Assembly: GCA_022839105.1 (NCBI GenBank)
Contig: JALHDH010000002.1
Location: 8,943 to 72,942 of the forward strand
DNA length: 64,000 nucleotides
DNA from: a bacterium
GTDB taxonomy: Bacteria; Vulcanimicrobiota; Xenobia; Xenobiales; Xenobiaceae
Direction of reading: 5' to 3'
This document shows, in pieces, positions 8,751 to 16,249 of this stretch. The position numbers and the translations under genes are program-made. The notes below the pieces were generated by a model. The model was given only the letters and a program-made list of their open reading frames with translations. It did no database searches and was not told the origin of the DNA. How positions within the stretch are numbered: the first letter of the stretch is position 1; each line of letters begins with the position of its first letter.

Positions 8751-9458
8751 ATGCCCCCGCCTGCCGGGAAGGCCTCGCTGGTGCGCGGGATCTTTGCCCG
8801 CATCGCCGGGCGCTACGACCTGCTCAACGCCCTTCTCTCGCTCGGGCTGCACCGAACCTGGAGACGCGCCGCCGCCGCTCAACTGGATCTGGTTGCCGGC
8901 TCCACGGCCGTGGATCTGTGCTGCGGGACCGGAGAACTGACCCGGGCCCTGGCTCGCCTGGCCGGCCCCGAGAACGTGGTGGGCTTGGATTTCGTGCCCG
9001 AGATGCTGGAACGGGCCCGCTTGCGCCATCCGGGAATCCGGTTCCTGGAGGCGGATGCCCTGGCCACGGCCCTTCCCGAGGGGTCCTTCGATGGAGCCAG
9101 CGTGGCCTTCGCCCTGCGCAACGTCGAGGATGTCGAGGCCCTCTTTCGCGAGATGACCCGCCTGGTCCGTCCGGGCGGGCGGGTGGTCTCGTTGGAACTG
9201 ACCCGACCGGGCGGCCTTCTGGGATGCCTGCACGGCCTGGTCCTGCGCTGGATCGTCCCCCTGGTCGGGGGGATGCTCTCCGGCCAGGGAGGCGCCTATC
9301 GCTATCTGGCCCGATCGATCGCCGAATTCCTGCCGGTGGAGGAGGTGGCCCGCCGCATGGAGCGGGCCGGTCTGGAGGAGATCCGAATCCTGCCCCTGAC
9401 CGGGGGGATCGTGACCCTGCATGTCGGTCGCAGGCCGACCCGTCCCTCTGATGAGTGA
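8751..9458 (+). CDS. ubiE: Demethylmenaquinone/ubiquinone C-methyltransferase (UbiE/MenG)
   Basis: 235 aa. The SAM-binding block VDLCCGTGELT is present, with a UbiE-like N-terminus RYDLLNALLSLGLHRTWRR. An alternative GTG at 8730 would form a GTGA overlap with the upstream stop. Confidence 0.8.
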   Translation: MPPPAGKASLVRGIFARIAGRYDLLNALLSLGLHRTWRRAAAAQLDLVAGSTAVDLCCGTGELTRALARLAGPENVVGLDFVPEMLERARLRHPGIRFLEADALATALPEGSFDGASVAFALRNVEDVEALFREMTRLVRPGGRVVSLELTRPGGLLGCLHGLVLRWIVPLVGGMLSGQGGAYRYLARSIAEFLPVEEVARRMERAGLEEIRILPLTGGIVTLHVGRRPTRPSDE

Positions 9459-10575
9459 TCTCCTGACGCGTTACCGGGCCCTGGAGACCCCCCGGGTCGT
9501 CGGCCTGATGTCGGGAACCTCGGCCGATGCCATCGACGCCGCCCTGGTCGAGATGGGCCCCCGGCCGCGTCTGCTGGACTTCCGCTCTCACCCCCTACCT
9601 GCGGAGGTCCGTCGGAGGCTGCAGGAGGTCTTCGAGGACCGCGGTTCGCCTCGGGAGATCCTGCGCCTGCACTGGTTGCTGGGAGAGCTTTTCGCCCGGG
9701 CGGCCCTCTCGGTGATGGAACCCGGCGCCGACCTGGTCGCCTCCCATGGTCAGACCATCGCGCATCTCCCCCAGGCCGAGGACTTCTGCGGCGAGTCGGT
9801 GCGGGGGACCCTGCAGATCGGCGAGGGCGCGGTGATCGCCCGACGCACCGGGTGTCTGACGGTCTGCGACTTCCGGCCGGCCGACCTGGCAGCGGGCGGA
9901 CAGGGAGCCCCTCTGGTGCCCCATGCCGATGCCCTGCTCTTCCGCGACCCTCATGTGGATCGTCTGGCCCTGAACCTGGGAGGGATGGCCAACCTGACCT
10001 GGATTCCCTCCCACGGGGAGGTCGAGGCCTGCGATACGGGGCCGGGCAACGCTCTTCTGGATGCCCTGGCCTGGCGAGCGACCGGAAGGCCCTGCGACGA
10101 AGGGGGGGGGCTGGCGGCCCGAGGTCAGGTCCTGCCCGAGATCCTGGCGGAGTTGATGGCCCACCCCTACCTGTCGCGGCCTGCGCCCAAGTCAACCGGG
10201 CGCGAAGAGTTCGGAAGGGCCCTGGCGGACCGACTCTGGGGCCGGGGGAACCCCGAGGACCTGCTCCGGACTGCTGCCGCCTTCACGGCCGCCTCGGTCA
10301 TGTTGCATGTGCAGCGATATCTGCGGGGGGAGGCCCAGATCCTGGTGGGTGGGGGAGGGGTCGAGAATCTGGTCCTGATGGTCGAGTTGAGTCGGCGGCT
10401 GCCGGAAGGGGTCCGCCTTCTGCGGATGGAGGAGGTCGGCCTTCCCGCCCAGGCCCGGGAGGCGGTGGCCTTCGCCATCCTGGGGCACGAGACGGCCCAC
10501 TTCCGGCCAGCCAACGTCCCCCGGGCCACGGGCGCCTCCTGTCCGGTGGTCCTGGGCCGGATCCTGGTGCCCTGA
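9451..10575 (+). CDS. anmK: Anhydro-N-acetylmuramic acid kinase
   Basis: Start at M11 of ORF 9421. Motifs are VVGLMSGTSADAIDAALV and DTGPGNALLDA. It overlaps the ubiE stop by 8 nt. Confidence 0.8.
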   Translation: MSDLLTRYRALETPRVVGLMSGTSADAIDAALVEMGPRPRLLDFRSHPLPAEVRRRLQEVFEDRGSPREILRLHWLLGELFARAALSVMEPGADLVASHGQTIAHLPQAEDFCGESVRGTLQIGEGAVIARRTGCLTVCDFRPADLAAGGQGAPLVPHADALLFRDPHVDRLALNLGGMANLTWIPSHGEVEACDTGPGNALLDALAWRATGRPCDEGGGLAARGQVLPEILAELMAHPYLSRPAPKSTGREEFGRALADRLWGRGNPEDLLRTAAAFTAASVMLHVQRYLRGEAQILVGGGGVENLVLMVELSRRLPEGVRLLRMEEVGLPAQAREAVAFAILGHETAHFRPANVPRATGASCPVVLGRILVP

Positions 10576-10638
10576 GCGGGGTCGAGCGGGCGGGCCTTGC
10601 AGACCTTGCAGGGGCGATCGCCTCAACGGCCGGCTGGC

Positions 10639-10672
10639 GAAAGAAAGGCCGGGCTCCCGAGGGGACCCGGCC
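10639..10672 (-). terminator. Rho-independent terminator for the small minus-strand gene
   Basis: Stem GGCCGGG...CCCGGCC (10647-10672), followed on the minus strand by TTTCTTTC (10639-10646). It lies 22 nt after the stop at 10694. Confidence 0.45.
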
Positions 10673-10693
10673 GGGCTGGTTGGTCCGTGGCGT

Positions 10694-10909
10694 TCAGGCG
10701 GTCCGCTTCACCTGGATCTCGTTGAGCACCTCCACCTCGCCGCAATCCCGCGTGGAGCGCAGGCTGGGATCCTTGCGCCGGCGGTGCCGGCTCCGATCCC
10801 TGCCCAGCGAAACGCAGCGCCGGATGCGGACCCGCGAGGTTCCCCCTTCGTTGATTCGGACATACTCTTCGACGACGGCCATTCCGCCACAGTGGGGGCA
10901 TGATGCCAA
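10694..10909 (-). CDS. Small Cys-containing (zinc-ribbon-like) protein, 71 aa
   Basis: TTG start with a GGAGGAGGAGAGAGG RBS 4 nt upstream. Sequence M-ASCPHCGGMAVVEEYVRINEGGTSRVRIRRCVSLGRD...RDCGEVEVLNEIQVKRTA. It has its own terminator. It is the only plausible part of the 471-aa ORF 10694..12109. Confidence 0.4.
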   Translation of the reverse strand: MASCPHCGGMAVVEEYVRINEGGTSRVRIRRCVSLGRDRSRHRRRKDPSLRSTRDCGEVEVLNEIQVKRTA

Positions 10910-11197
10910 TTTGCCTCTCTCCTCCTCCGGTCGCCTCGGGTTCCTGGTTCCGGGGGGCACGACAAGCCACTGGCCGGGGTGACGAGAGTCCCTGGAAGGG
11001 CGCGACCCGGGCCTTCCGGTCCCTCGACATCCACCATGATAGACTCCGAAAGGCGTGAAAAAGTTCCCCTCTGTCCGGAAAAGGGCACGTCGGAGTGGCG
11101 CGGGGGATTCCGAAGGGTCGTCTAGAACCCCGGATCGAGCCTCGACTCCGACGATCCAAGGGCCGGAGGAACGGGGGGATGAAAGGATGCAGCACGG

Positions 11198-12076
11198 TTG
11201 TTGAGTCCCAGCCTGGACACCTGGAGCACCGTCGTGGCCATCATCGCGGCGCGGACCTCCGTGACCCTGGCGGCAGCCCTCTATACCAGGCTTTCCCGGA
11301 CCTATCCGGGATTCTCGCACTGGGTGGCGGGGATGCTCAGCGGGATCCTGGGCTTCCTGGCTTTGGTCCTGCATCCGTTCATCCCCCTCCCCAGCGTCCT
11401 GCTGGCCAATTTCTTCAATTGCCTGCTGGTCGTGTTCATGCTGGACGGAACGGTGCGCTTCGTCCACGGAGGCCGCATCCGTCGCAGGTGGTACCTTGTC
11501 CCCGTCCTGTCCCTGCTGGCGGGGGGGGCACTCTTCGTATTCCAGGACATGCTGCGGGTCCGGGTCCTGTGGAATACGGTCTTGTTGTCCTTCTTCGCGA
11601 TCCTGTGTGCCCGCATCTGGCTGCAGAACCGCAGGGAGGGGGCCCTGAGGCTCTCGCGGATCAGCGCGGGCCTGTGCCTGGCCTATGTGGTCGCCATGTC
11701 GCTCCGGGGGATCGACTGGATCATGGCCCCGCCGACCCGCAGCCTCTTCGTCCTGGGCCCCAGCGAGGCTCTCTTCTTCCTGGCCATCGGCATGATCGAC
11801 CTGGCCCTGGCTGCCATGTTCCTCGTGCACAACGGCCAGCGCCTGGATTCCGATCTGCGCGAGAGCGCGGCCCGGGTCCGCCTGCTGACGGGAATCCTGC
11901 CGATCTGCTCGCGCTGCAAGAACATCCGCGACGAGGAAGGGCACTGGACCCCCGTCGAACAGTACGTGCGCCATCACACCGACGCCGAGTTCTCGCACGG
12001 AGTGTGTCCCGGGTGCTTCCGCGAGATGTATCCCGACTTTGCGGATGAGGTCGAAGCCATGGGGGGATTCCGATGA
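11198..12076 (+). CDS. Integral-membrane sensor with a Cys-rich C-terminal module
   Basis: 292 aa with 6-7 TM helices. The C-terminus reads LPICSRCKNIRDEEGHWTPVEQYVRHHTDAEFSHGVCPGCFREMYPDF. Its stop overlaps the PilZ start (ATGA at 12073-12076). Confidence 0.6.
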   Translation: MLSPSLDTWSTVVAIIAARTSVTLAAALYTRLSRTYPGFSHWVAGMLSGILGFLALVLHPFIPLPSVLLANFFNCLLVVFMLDGTVRFVHGGRIRRRWYLVPVLSLLAGGALFVFQDMLRVRVLWNTVLLSFFAILCARIWLQNRREGALRLSRISAGLCLAYVVAMSLRGIDWIMAPPTRSLFVLGPSEALFFLAIGMIDLALAAMFLVHNGQRLDSDLRESAARVRLLTGILPICSRCKNIRDEEGHWTPVEQYVRHHTDAEFSHGVCPGCFREMYPDFADEVEAMGGFR

Positions 12077-12429
12077 ATCCGGACAGACCGCCTTCCAGGC
12101 GGACTCCATTCCGTTCCTCCGAGCCCGAGGCCGGGGACTTCCCCGTCGAGATCTCCCGGGGGGCGGATTCTCCCTTGTCCGGGATCGCCCGCCAGTTGAC
12201 CCTGCGCGGCCTGCACATCGATCTCTCTGAGCCCCTGCTCGTGGGCCAGGAGGTCGGGTTCCGCCTGAACGCCATGGGAAGCCCGCTCCAGGCCAGGGCC
12301 TCGGTCTCGCGCTGCACCGAACTGCCCGACGAGCGCTATCGGGTCGTCCTGACCTTCACCTCGGAGATGTCGGCCGCCGAGTGCGAGAGACTGGTCCGCC
12401 TCCAGGCCCTGCTCCGGACTCGTGGCTGA
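12073..12429 (+). CDS. PilZ-domain (c-di-GMP-binding) protein
   Basis: 118 aa with a PilZ-like beta-barrel pattern. It is translationally coupled to the sensor upstream and to the GTG-start gene downstream. Confidence 0.6.
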   Translation: MNPDRPPSRRTPFRSSEPEAGDFPVEISRGADSPLSGIARQLTLRGLHIDLSEPLLVGQEVGFRLNAMGSPLQARASVSRCTELPDERYRVVLTFTSEMSAAECERLVRLQALLRTRG

Positions 12430-12898
12430 GGCGAGGCAGCCTTCGGATCCGGCCTTCCGGGTCGATGAGTGGAGGAGGAGGCTGGGAAGGGGGGCTCGAG
12501 TGCGCCTGCGCATGGAAGGCTCGGACATGGCTCCCCACGTGCTTCCCGGAGACATGCTGGAGTTCGAGGAGGCCCGGTTGCTGGACCTGCGCCGGGACGA
12601 TATCGTGCTGATCCAGACCCGGGCTGGCTGCCTGCTCCGGCGGATCCTCCAGCGGGTCCTGAGCGAAGGAGGCGAGCGCTTCGAGGTCGTGGCCGACGGC
12701 CTGGAGGCCCCCCCGACCCGACACGGTTTCGACGAGATCCTGGCCCGGCTTGTCTGTCTCGGCCGGGAGGGCGAGACCCTGCGCCCCGTGGGAGATTCGG
12801 TCGGGCGCTCCCGACTGCGCCGGCGCTGGCGCGAGCGCCTGAGGCATCTCTGGATCGGCTTGTTGCTGCGCCTGGGGCGGGAATCCCGATCAGACTGA
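12422..12898 (+). CDS. S24/LexA-like peptidase-fold protein, probably non-catalytic, with an Arg-rich tail
   Basis: 158 aa from a GTG start. Motifs are MEGSDMAPHVLPGDMLEFEE and DIVLIQTRAGCLLRRILQRV. The conserved Lys (vKRl) is replaced by RR. The C-terminus is SRLRRRWRERLRHLWIGLLLRLGR. Confidence 0.45.
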   Translation: MAEARQPSDPAFRVDEWRRRLGRGARVRLRMEGSDMAPHVLPGDMLEFEEARLLDLRRDDIVLIQTRAGCLLRRILQRVLSEGGERFEVVADGLEAPPTRHGFDEILARLVCLGREGETLRPVGDSVGRSRLRRRWRERLRHLWIGLLLRLGRESRSD

Positions 12899-12965
12899 GA
12901 CCTTCCTGGAGGAGCGATCCCTCATGCCGAGAAACAGGTGGGCCAGTTTTTCTTTGGAGTTCTCC

Positions 12966-13979
12966 ATGCTTTTCGCGACCGCCCCCACCCGGATCGACCT
13001 GGCGGGAGGGACCTTGGACCTGCACCCCCTCTTCCTGTTCCTGGAACGTCCTCTGACCGTCAACGCCAGCGTGGACCTGCGTTCGCGGGCCGAAGTCCGG
13101 CCCTTGGAGGGCACTCGGGTGCGCCTGGTCTCCGAGGACCTGGGAGTGGCCCACGAGGCGCCCCATCCCCAGGACCTGCCCCCGGGTCGGGATCTGGATC
13201 TCCTGGCCCGGGCGGTCCGCTTCTACGTCCCCGAAGGGGGGCTGGAGCTGCGGACCCGGAACACGGCTCCCCGAGGGTCGGGGCTGGGGGCTTCCTCCAG
13301 CCTCCTGATGGCCATCTCCAGGGTCCTGTGCCGATTCGGCGGGAGAATGGACTCCGACGAGGATCTGATCCGCCACGGGGCCGCCCTGGAGGCCCAGAAC
13401 CTGGGCATCCCCACGGGGCTCCAGGACTACTATGGCGCCATCCTGGGGGGGATCAAGGGCCTGCATTTCGGGGTGAGGGGAACCCGCGTCGAGAGTCTTG
13501 CCCCCTCGGAGGGCTTCCGCGAGGAGCTCGACCGTTCCCTGCTGCTCTCCTTTACCGGGATCAGCCACTTTTCGGGAACCAGCAACTGGAACATGCTCAA
13601 AGGCTATGTCGAGGGTCAGGGCCAGACCGTCGAGCGGATGCACGCCATCGAAGCGACGGCGCATGAGATGTGGGAGGCCCTGAGGGCCGAGGACCTGCCC
13701 GGAGTGGGCCGGGCCCTGGCCCGGGAGTGGGAGAATCGCCGGGCCCTGGCCGAGGGGGTCACCACCCCGGGGATCGACCGGATGGTGGAATCCGCCAGGA
13801 ATGCCGGCGCCCTGGCCTCGAAGATCTGTGGCGCCGGAGGGGGCGGCTGCCTGCTGACCCTGGCCCGTCCGGATCGTCGGGAGGCGGTGCGGCAGGCCTT
13901 GGAAGAGTCGGGGGCACAGATCCTCCAGGCCCGGCTGGATGACCGGGGCCTGGAGGTCGAGGAGGCCTGTTGCGCGTGA
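12966..13979 (+). CDS. GHMP-family sugar kinase (fucokinase / heptose-7-phosphate-kinase-like)
   Basis: Start at M15 of ORF 12924. The N-terminus is MLFATAPTRIDLAGGTLDL. The ATP motif is PRGSGLGASSSLLMA. The C-terminal block is CGAGGGGCL. Confidence 0.7.
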   Translation: MLFATAPTRIDLAGGTLDLHPLFLFLERPLTVNASVDLRSRAEVRPLEGTRVRLVSEDLGVAHEAPHPQDLPPGRDLDLLARAVRFYVPEGGLELRTRNTAPRGSGLGASSSLLMAISRVLCRFGGRMDSDEDLIRHGAALEAQNLGIPTGLQDYYGAILGGIKGLHFGVRGTRVESLAPSEGFREELDRSLLLSFTGISHFSGTSNWNMLKGYVEGQGQTVERMHAIEATAHEMWEALRAEDLPGVGRALAREWENRRALAEGVTTPGIDRMVESARNAGALASKICGAGGGGCLLTLARPDRREAVRQALEESGAQILQARLDDRGLEVEEACCA

Positions 13980-14752
13980 GACCGGAACCGAGTTTCTCCA
14001 ATCTTCCCCCGGAGCTTCCCGAACCGGGCCAGCCCGAGAACCGCGAGGAGCCCGCCTGGCGTCTGCCTTTGCTCTTCGGACTCTTCGTCGTGCTGGTGCT
14101 GGGCCTGGTCCTCTCGTTCTATCTCTCGCCGCTCCAACGCGGGGAGGATTCTCTCGGCGGAGCGCCCTCCGGGACCGAGACGGTTCCCCTGGTCCCGCCG
14201 ACCCCCGTCGTCCCGCCGCCTCCGGTGGCCCCGGAGACCGTGAAGGTCTACGTGGTGGGAGCGGTCCATCAGCCCGGGGTGGTCACGCTGCCCGCCGGCA
14301 CGAGGGTGGACGATGCCATCCGGGCCGTCGGGGGCATGCTGGCGGACGCCGATCCCCTGAGCGTGAACCTGGCCAAGAAGATCCGCGACGAGGATCAGAT
14401 CGTGGTGCGCTCCAAGAGCGAGACCCGGGCGATGGTCCAGCCGCGCTCCTCCTCGGTCCGCCCGGAGGGCGGTTTCCAGGAAGGCGTTGTTTCAGAACCC
14501 CTGGGGGGCTCCTCCGAGGGGGAGGTGATCCTCGACGAGGGGAGCGCGTCGGCCTCCGGGCGGTTGAGCCTGAACCAGGCCTCGGCCGAGGAACTGGCGG
14601 CGGGGGTCAAGGGTCTGGGACCCGCGCTGTCCCGCCAGATCGTCGAGCACCGCGAGATGAAGGGGCCCTTCAACACCTACGAGGACCTTCTGGAGGTTCC
14701 GGGAATCGGACCCGCCAAGCTCGAGGAGATCCGGAGTCAGATCGATCTGTAG
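13970..14752 (+). CDS. comEA: ComEA-like DNA-binding competence protein (TM anchor, SLBB domain, helix-hairpin-helix)
   Basis: TTG start overlapping the kinase stop. It has a TM helix, a Pro-rich linker, an SLBB-like block VKVYVVGAVHQPGVVTLPAGTRVDDAIRAVGG, and HhH motifs (LNQASAEELAAGVKGLGPALSRQIVEHR...EDLLEVPGIGPAKLEEI). Confidence 0.7.
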   Translation: MRVRPEPSFSNLPPELPEPGQPENREEPAWRLPLLFGLFVVLVLGLVLSFYLSPLQRGEDSLGGAPSGTETVPLVPPTPVVPPPPVAPETVKVYVVGAVHQPGVVTLPAGTRVDDAIRAVGGMLADADPLSVNLAKKIRDEDQIVVRSKSETRAMVQPRSSSVRPEGGFQEGVVSEPLGGSSEGEVILDEGSASASGRLSLNQASAEELAAGVKGLGPALSRQIVEHREMKGPFNTYEDLLEVPGIGPAKLEEIRSQIDL

Positions 14753-14763
14753 GGAGGCCTGTC

Positions 14764-14979
14764 ATGGAGAAGCTGGTCGGAACCTTGAATCATTCGGACC
14801 TGGAAGGCGGAGTCTGGGTCCTGGCCGCCGAGAACGGTCGCCAGTACCACCTGGAGGGTCTTCCGCAGGCGCTGCATCGGGAGGGGATCCGTCTGGAGAT
14901 CCAGGGCCAGGAATCCTCCCAGATGAGCCTGGGGATGATGGGGGCCGTGTTCCAGGTCCGTTCCGCACGCTCGTTGTAG
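14764..14979 (+). CDS. Small conserved hypothetical protein, 71 aa
   Basis: GGGAGG RBS 8 nt upstream of the ATG. Sequence MEKLVGTLNHSDLEGGVWVLAAENGRQYHLEGLP...GIRLEIQG. It resembles a small beta-rich family seen in high-GC genomes. There is no domain I can name. Confidence 0.4.
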   Translation: MEKLVGTLNHSDLEGGVWVLAAENGRQYHLEGLPQALHREGIRLEIQGQESSQMSLGMMGAVFQVRSARSL

Positions 14980-14993
14980 AGCGCATTCGCATC

Positions 14994-16208
14994 GTGGAGT
15001 CCTTGAAGTTGTCGATTGAAGAACAAGTCGAGATGCAACTGGCCCGCCTGGAGCGCGGGACCGCCGAGATCATCAACCGCGAAGATCTGCGCCGGAAGCT
15101 GAGCCGCAGTCTTCAAGAGGGCAAGCCCCTGCGCATCAAGCTGGGCCTGGACCCGACCGCGCCCCACATCCACCTCGGCTTTGCGGTGGTGCTGCGCAAG
15201 CTCCGGCAGTTCCAGGACCTGGGCCATCACGTCGTGCTGCTGATCGGGGACTTCACGGCCCGGGTGGGCGACCCCTCGGGGCGTTCGGTCACCCGCAAGG
15301 TCCTCTCGCCTGAAGAGATCGAGGCCAACGCCCGGACCTATCGCGACCAGTTGTCGCGAATCCTGGACCCCGAGCGCACCGAGGTCCGCTTCAACTCCGA
15401 ATGGCTCGGGCCCATGGACTTCGCAGCGGTGATCGCCCTGGCCTCGCGCTATACGGTGGCCCGGGTCATGGAGCGCGACGACTTCGAACGGCGCTTCCGC
15501 GAAGGGGTTCCCATCGGCCTGCACGAGATCCTCTATCCCCTGATGCAGGGATACGACTCGGTGGCCCTGGGCTGCGACGTCGAGATGGGCGGCACCGACC
15601 AGAAGTTCAACATCCTGGTGGGACGCGAGCTGCAGCGGGAGTCCGGCCAGGAGCCCCAGGTGGTCTTCTTGATGCCGATCCTGGAAGGCCTGGACGGGGT
15701 CCAGAAGATGTCCAAGAGCCTGGGGAACTACGTGGGGATCACCGAGAGCCCCACCGAGATGTTCCTCAAGCTGATGCAGCTTCCCGATTCGAGGATCCGG
15801 CGATACTTCGAGTTGTGCACCGATGTGCCCCTGGAAGAGGTGGATGCCCGGCTGGGCACCGAGAATCCCAGGGATTCCAAGCGCTGGCTGGCGCGGGAGA
15901 TCCTCTCCCTGTACCACCCGCGCGAGGAAGCCGAGAAGGCGGACGAGGAGTGGCTGCGGGTGGTCAGCGCCGGGCAGGTCCCCTCCGAGATCCCCGAACT
16001 CCACCTCCAGGCGGGGCCCCTCTCGACCGTGGAGCTCCTGCTGGCCGCCGGTCTGGCCCCCTCCAGGAGGGAGGCCCGCCGTCTGGTGGAGCAGGGAGCG
16101 CTGAGCGTGGATGGGGTGGTTCTGGCCGATCCTTCCGCCCGGATCGAGCCCTGCGAGGGAACCCGGCTGAAGGTGGGGAAGCGCTGGCGTCTGGTCCGCA
16201 TCCGGTGA
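14994..16208 (+). CDS. tyrS: Tyrosyl-tRNA synthetase
   Basis: GTG start. It has PHIHLGF (HIGH), KMSKSLGNYV (KMSKS) and a C-terminal S4-like domain. Confidence 0.9.
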   Translation: MESLKLSIEEQVEMQLARLERGTAEIINREDLRRKLSRSLQEGKPLRIKLGLDPTAPHIHLGFAVVLRKLRQFQDLGHHVVLLIGDFTARVGDPSGRSVTRKVLSPEEIEANARTYRDQLSRILDPERTEVRFNSEWLGPMDFAAVIALASRYTVARVMERDDFERRFREGVPIGLHEILYPLMQGYDSVALGCDVEMGGTDQKFNILVGRELQRESGQEPQVVFLMPILEGLDGVQKMSKSLGNYVGITESPTEMFLKLMQLPDSRIRRYFELCTDVPLEEVDARLGTENPRDSKRWLAREILSLYHPREEAEKADEEWLRVVSAGQVPSEIPELHLQAGPLSTVELLLAAGLAPSRREARRLVEQGALSVDGVVLADPSARIEPCEGTRLKVGKRWRLVRIR

Positions 16209-16249
16209 GACCTGCCCGTCGCGACGCCCGCGGGTCCCTGGAGGCCTGA

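Noticed and set aside
10910-12109. Remainder of the 471-aa minus-strand ORF 10694..12109
   Set aside because: It is antisense to the membrane-sensor gene. Only the terminal 72 codons have an RBS, Cys motifs and a terminator.
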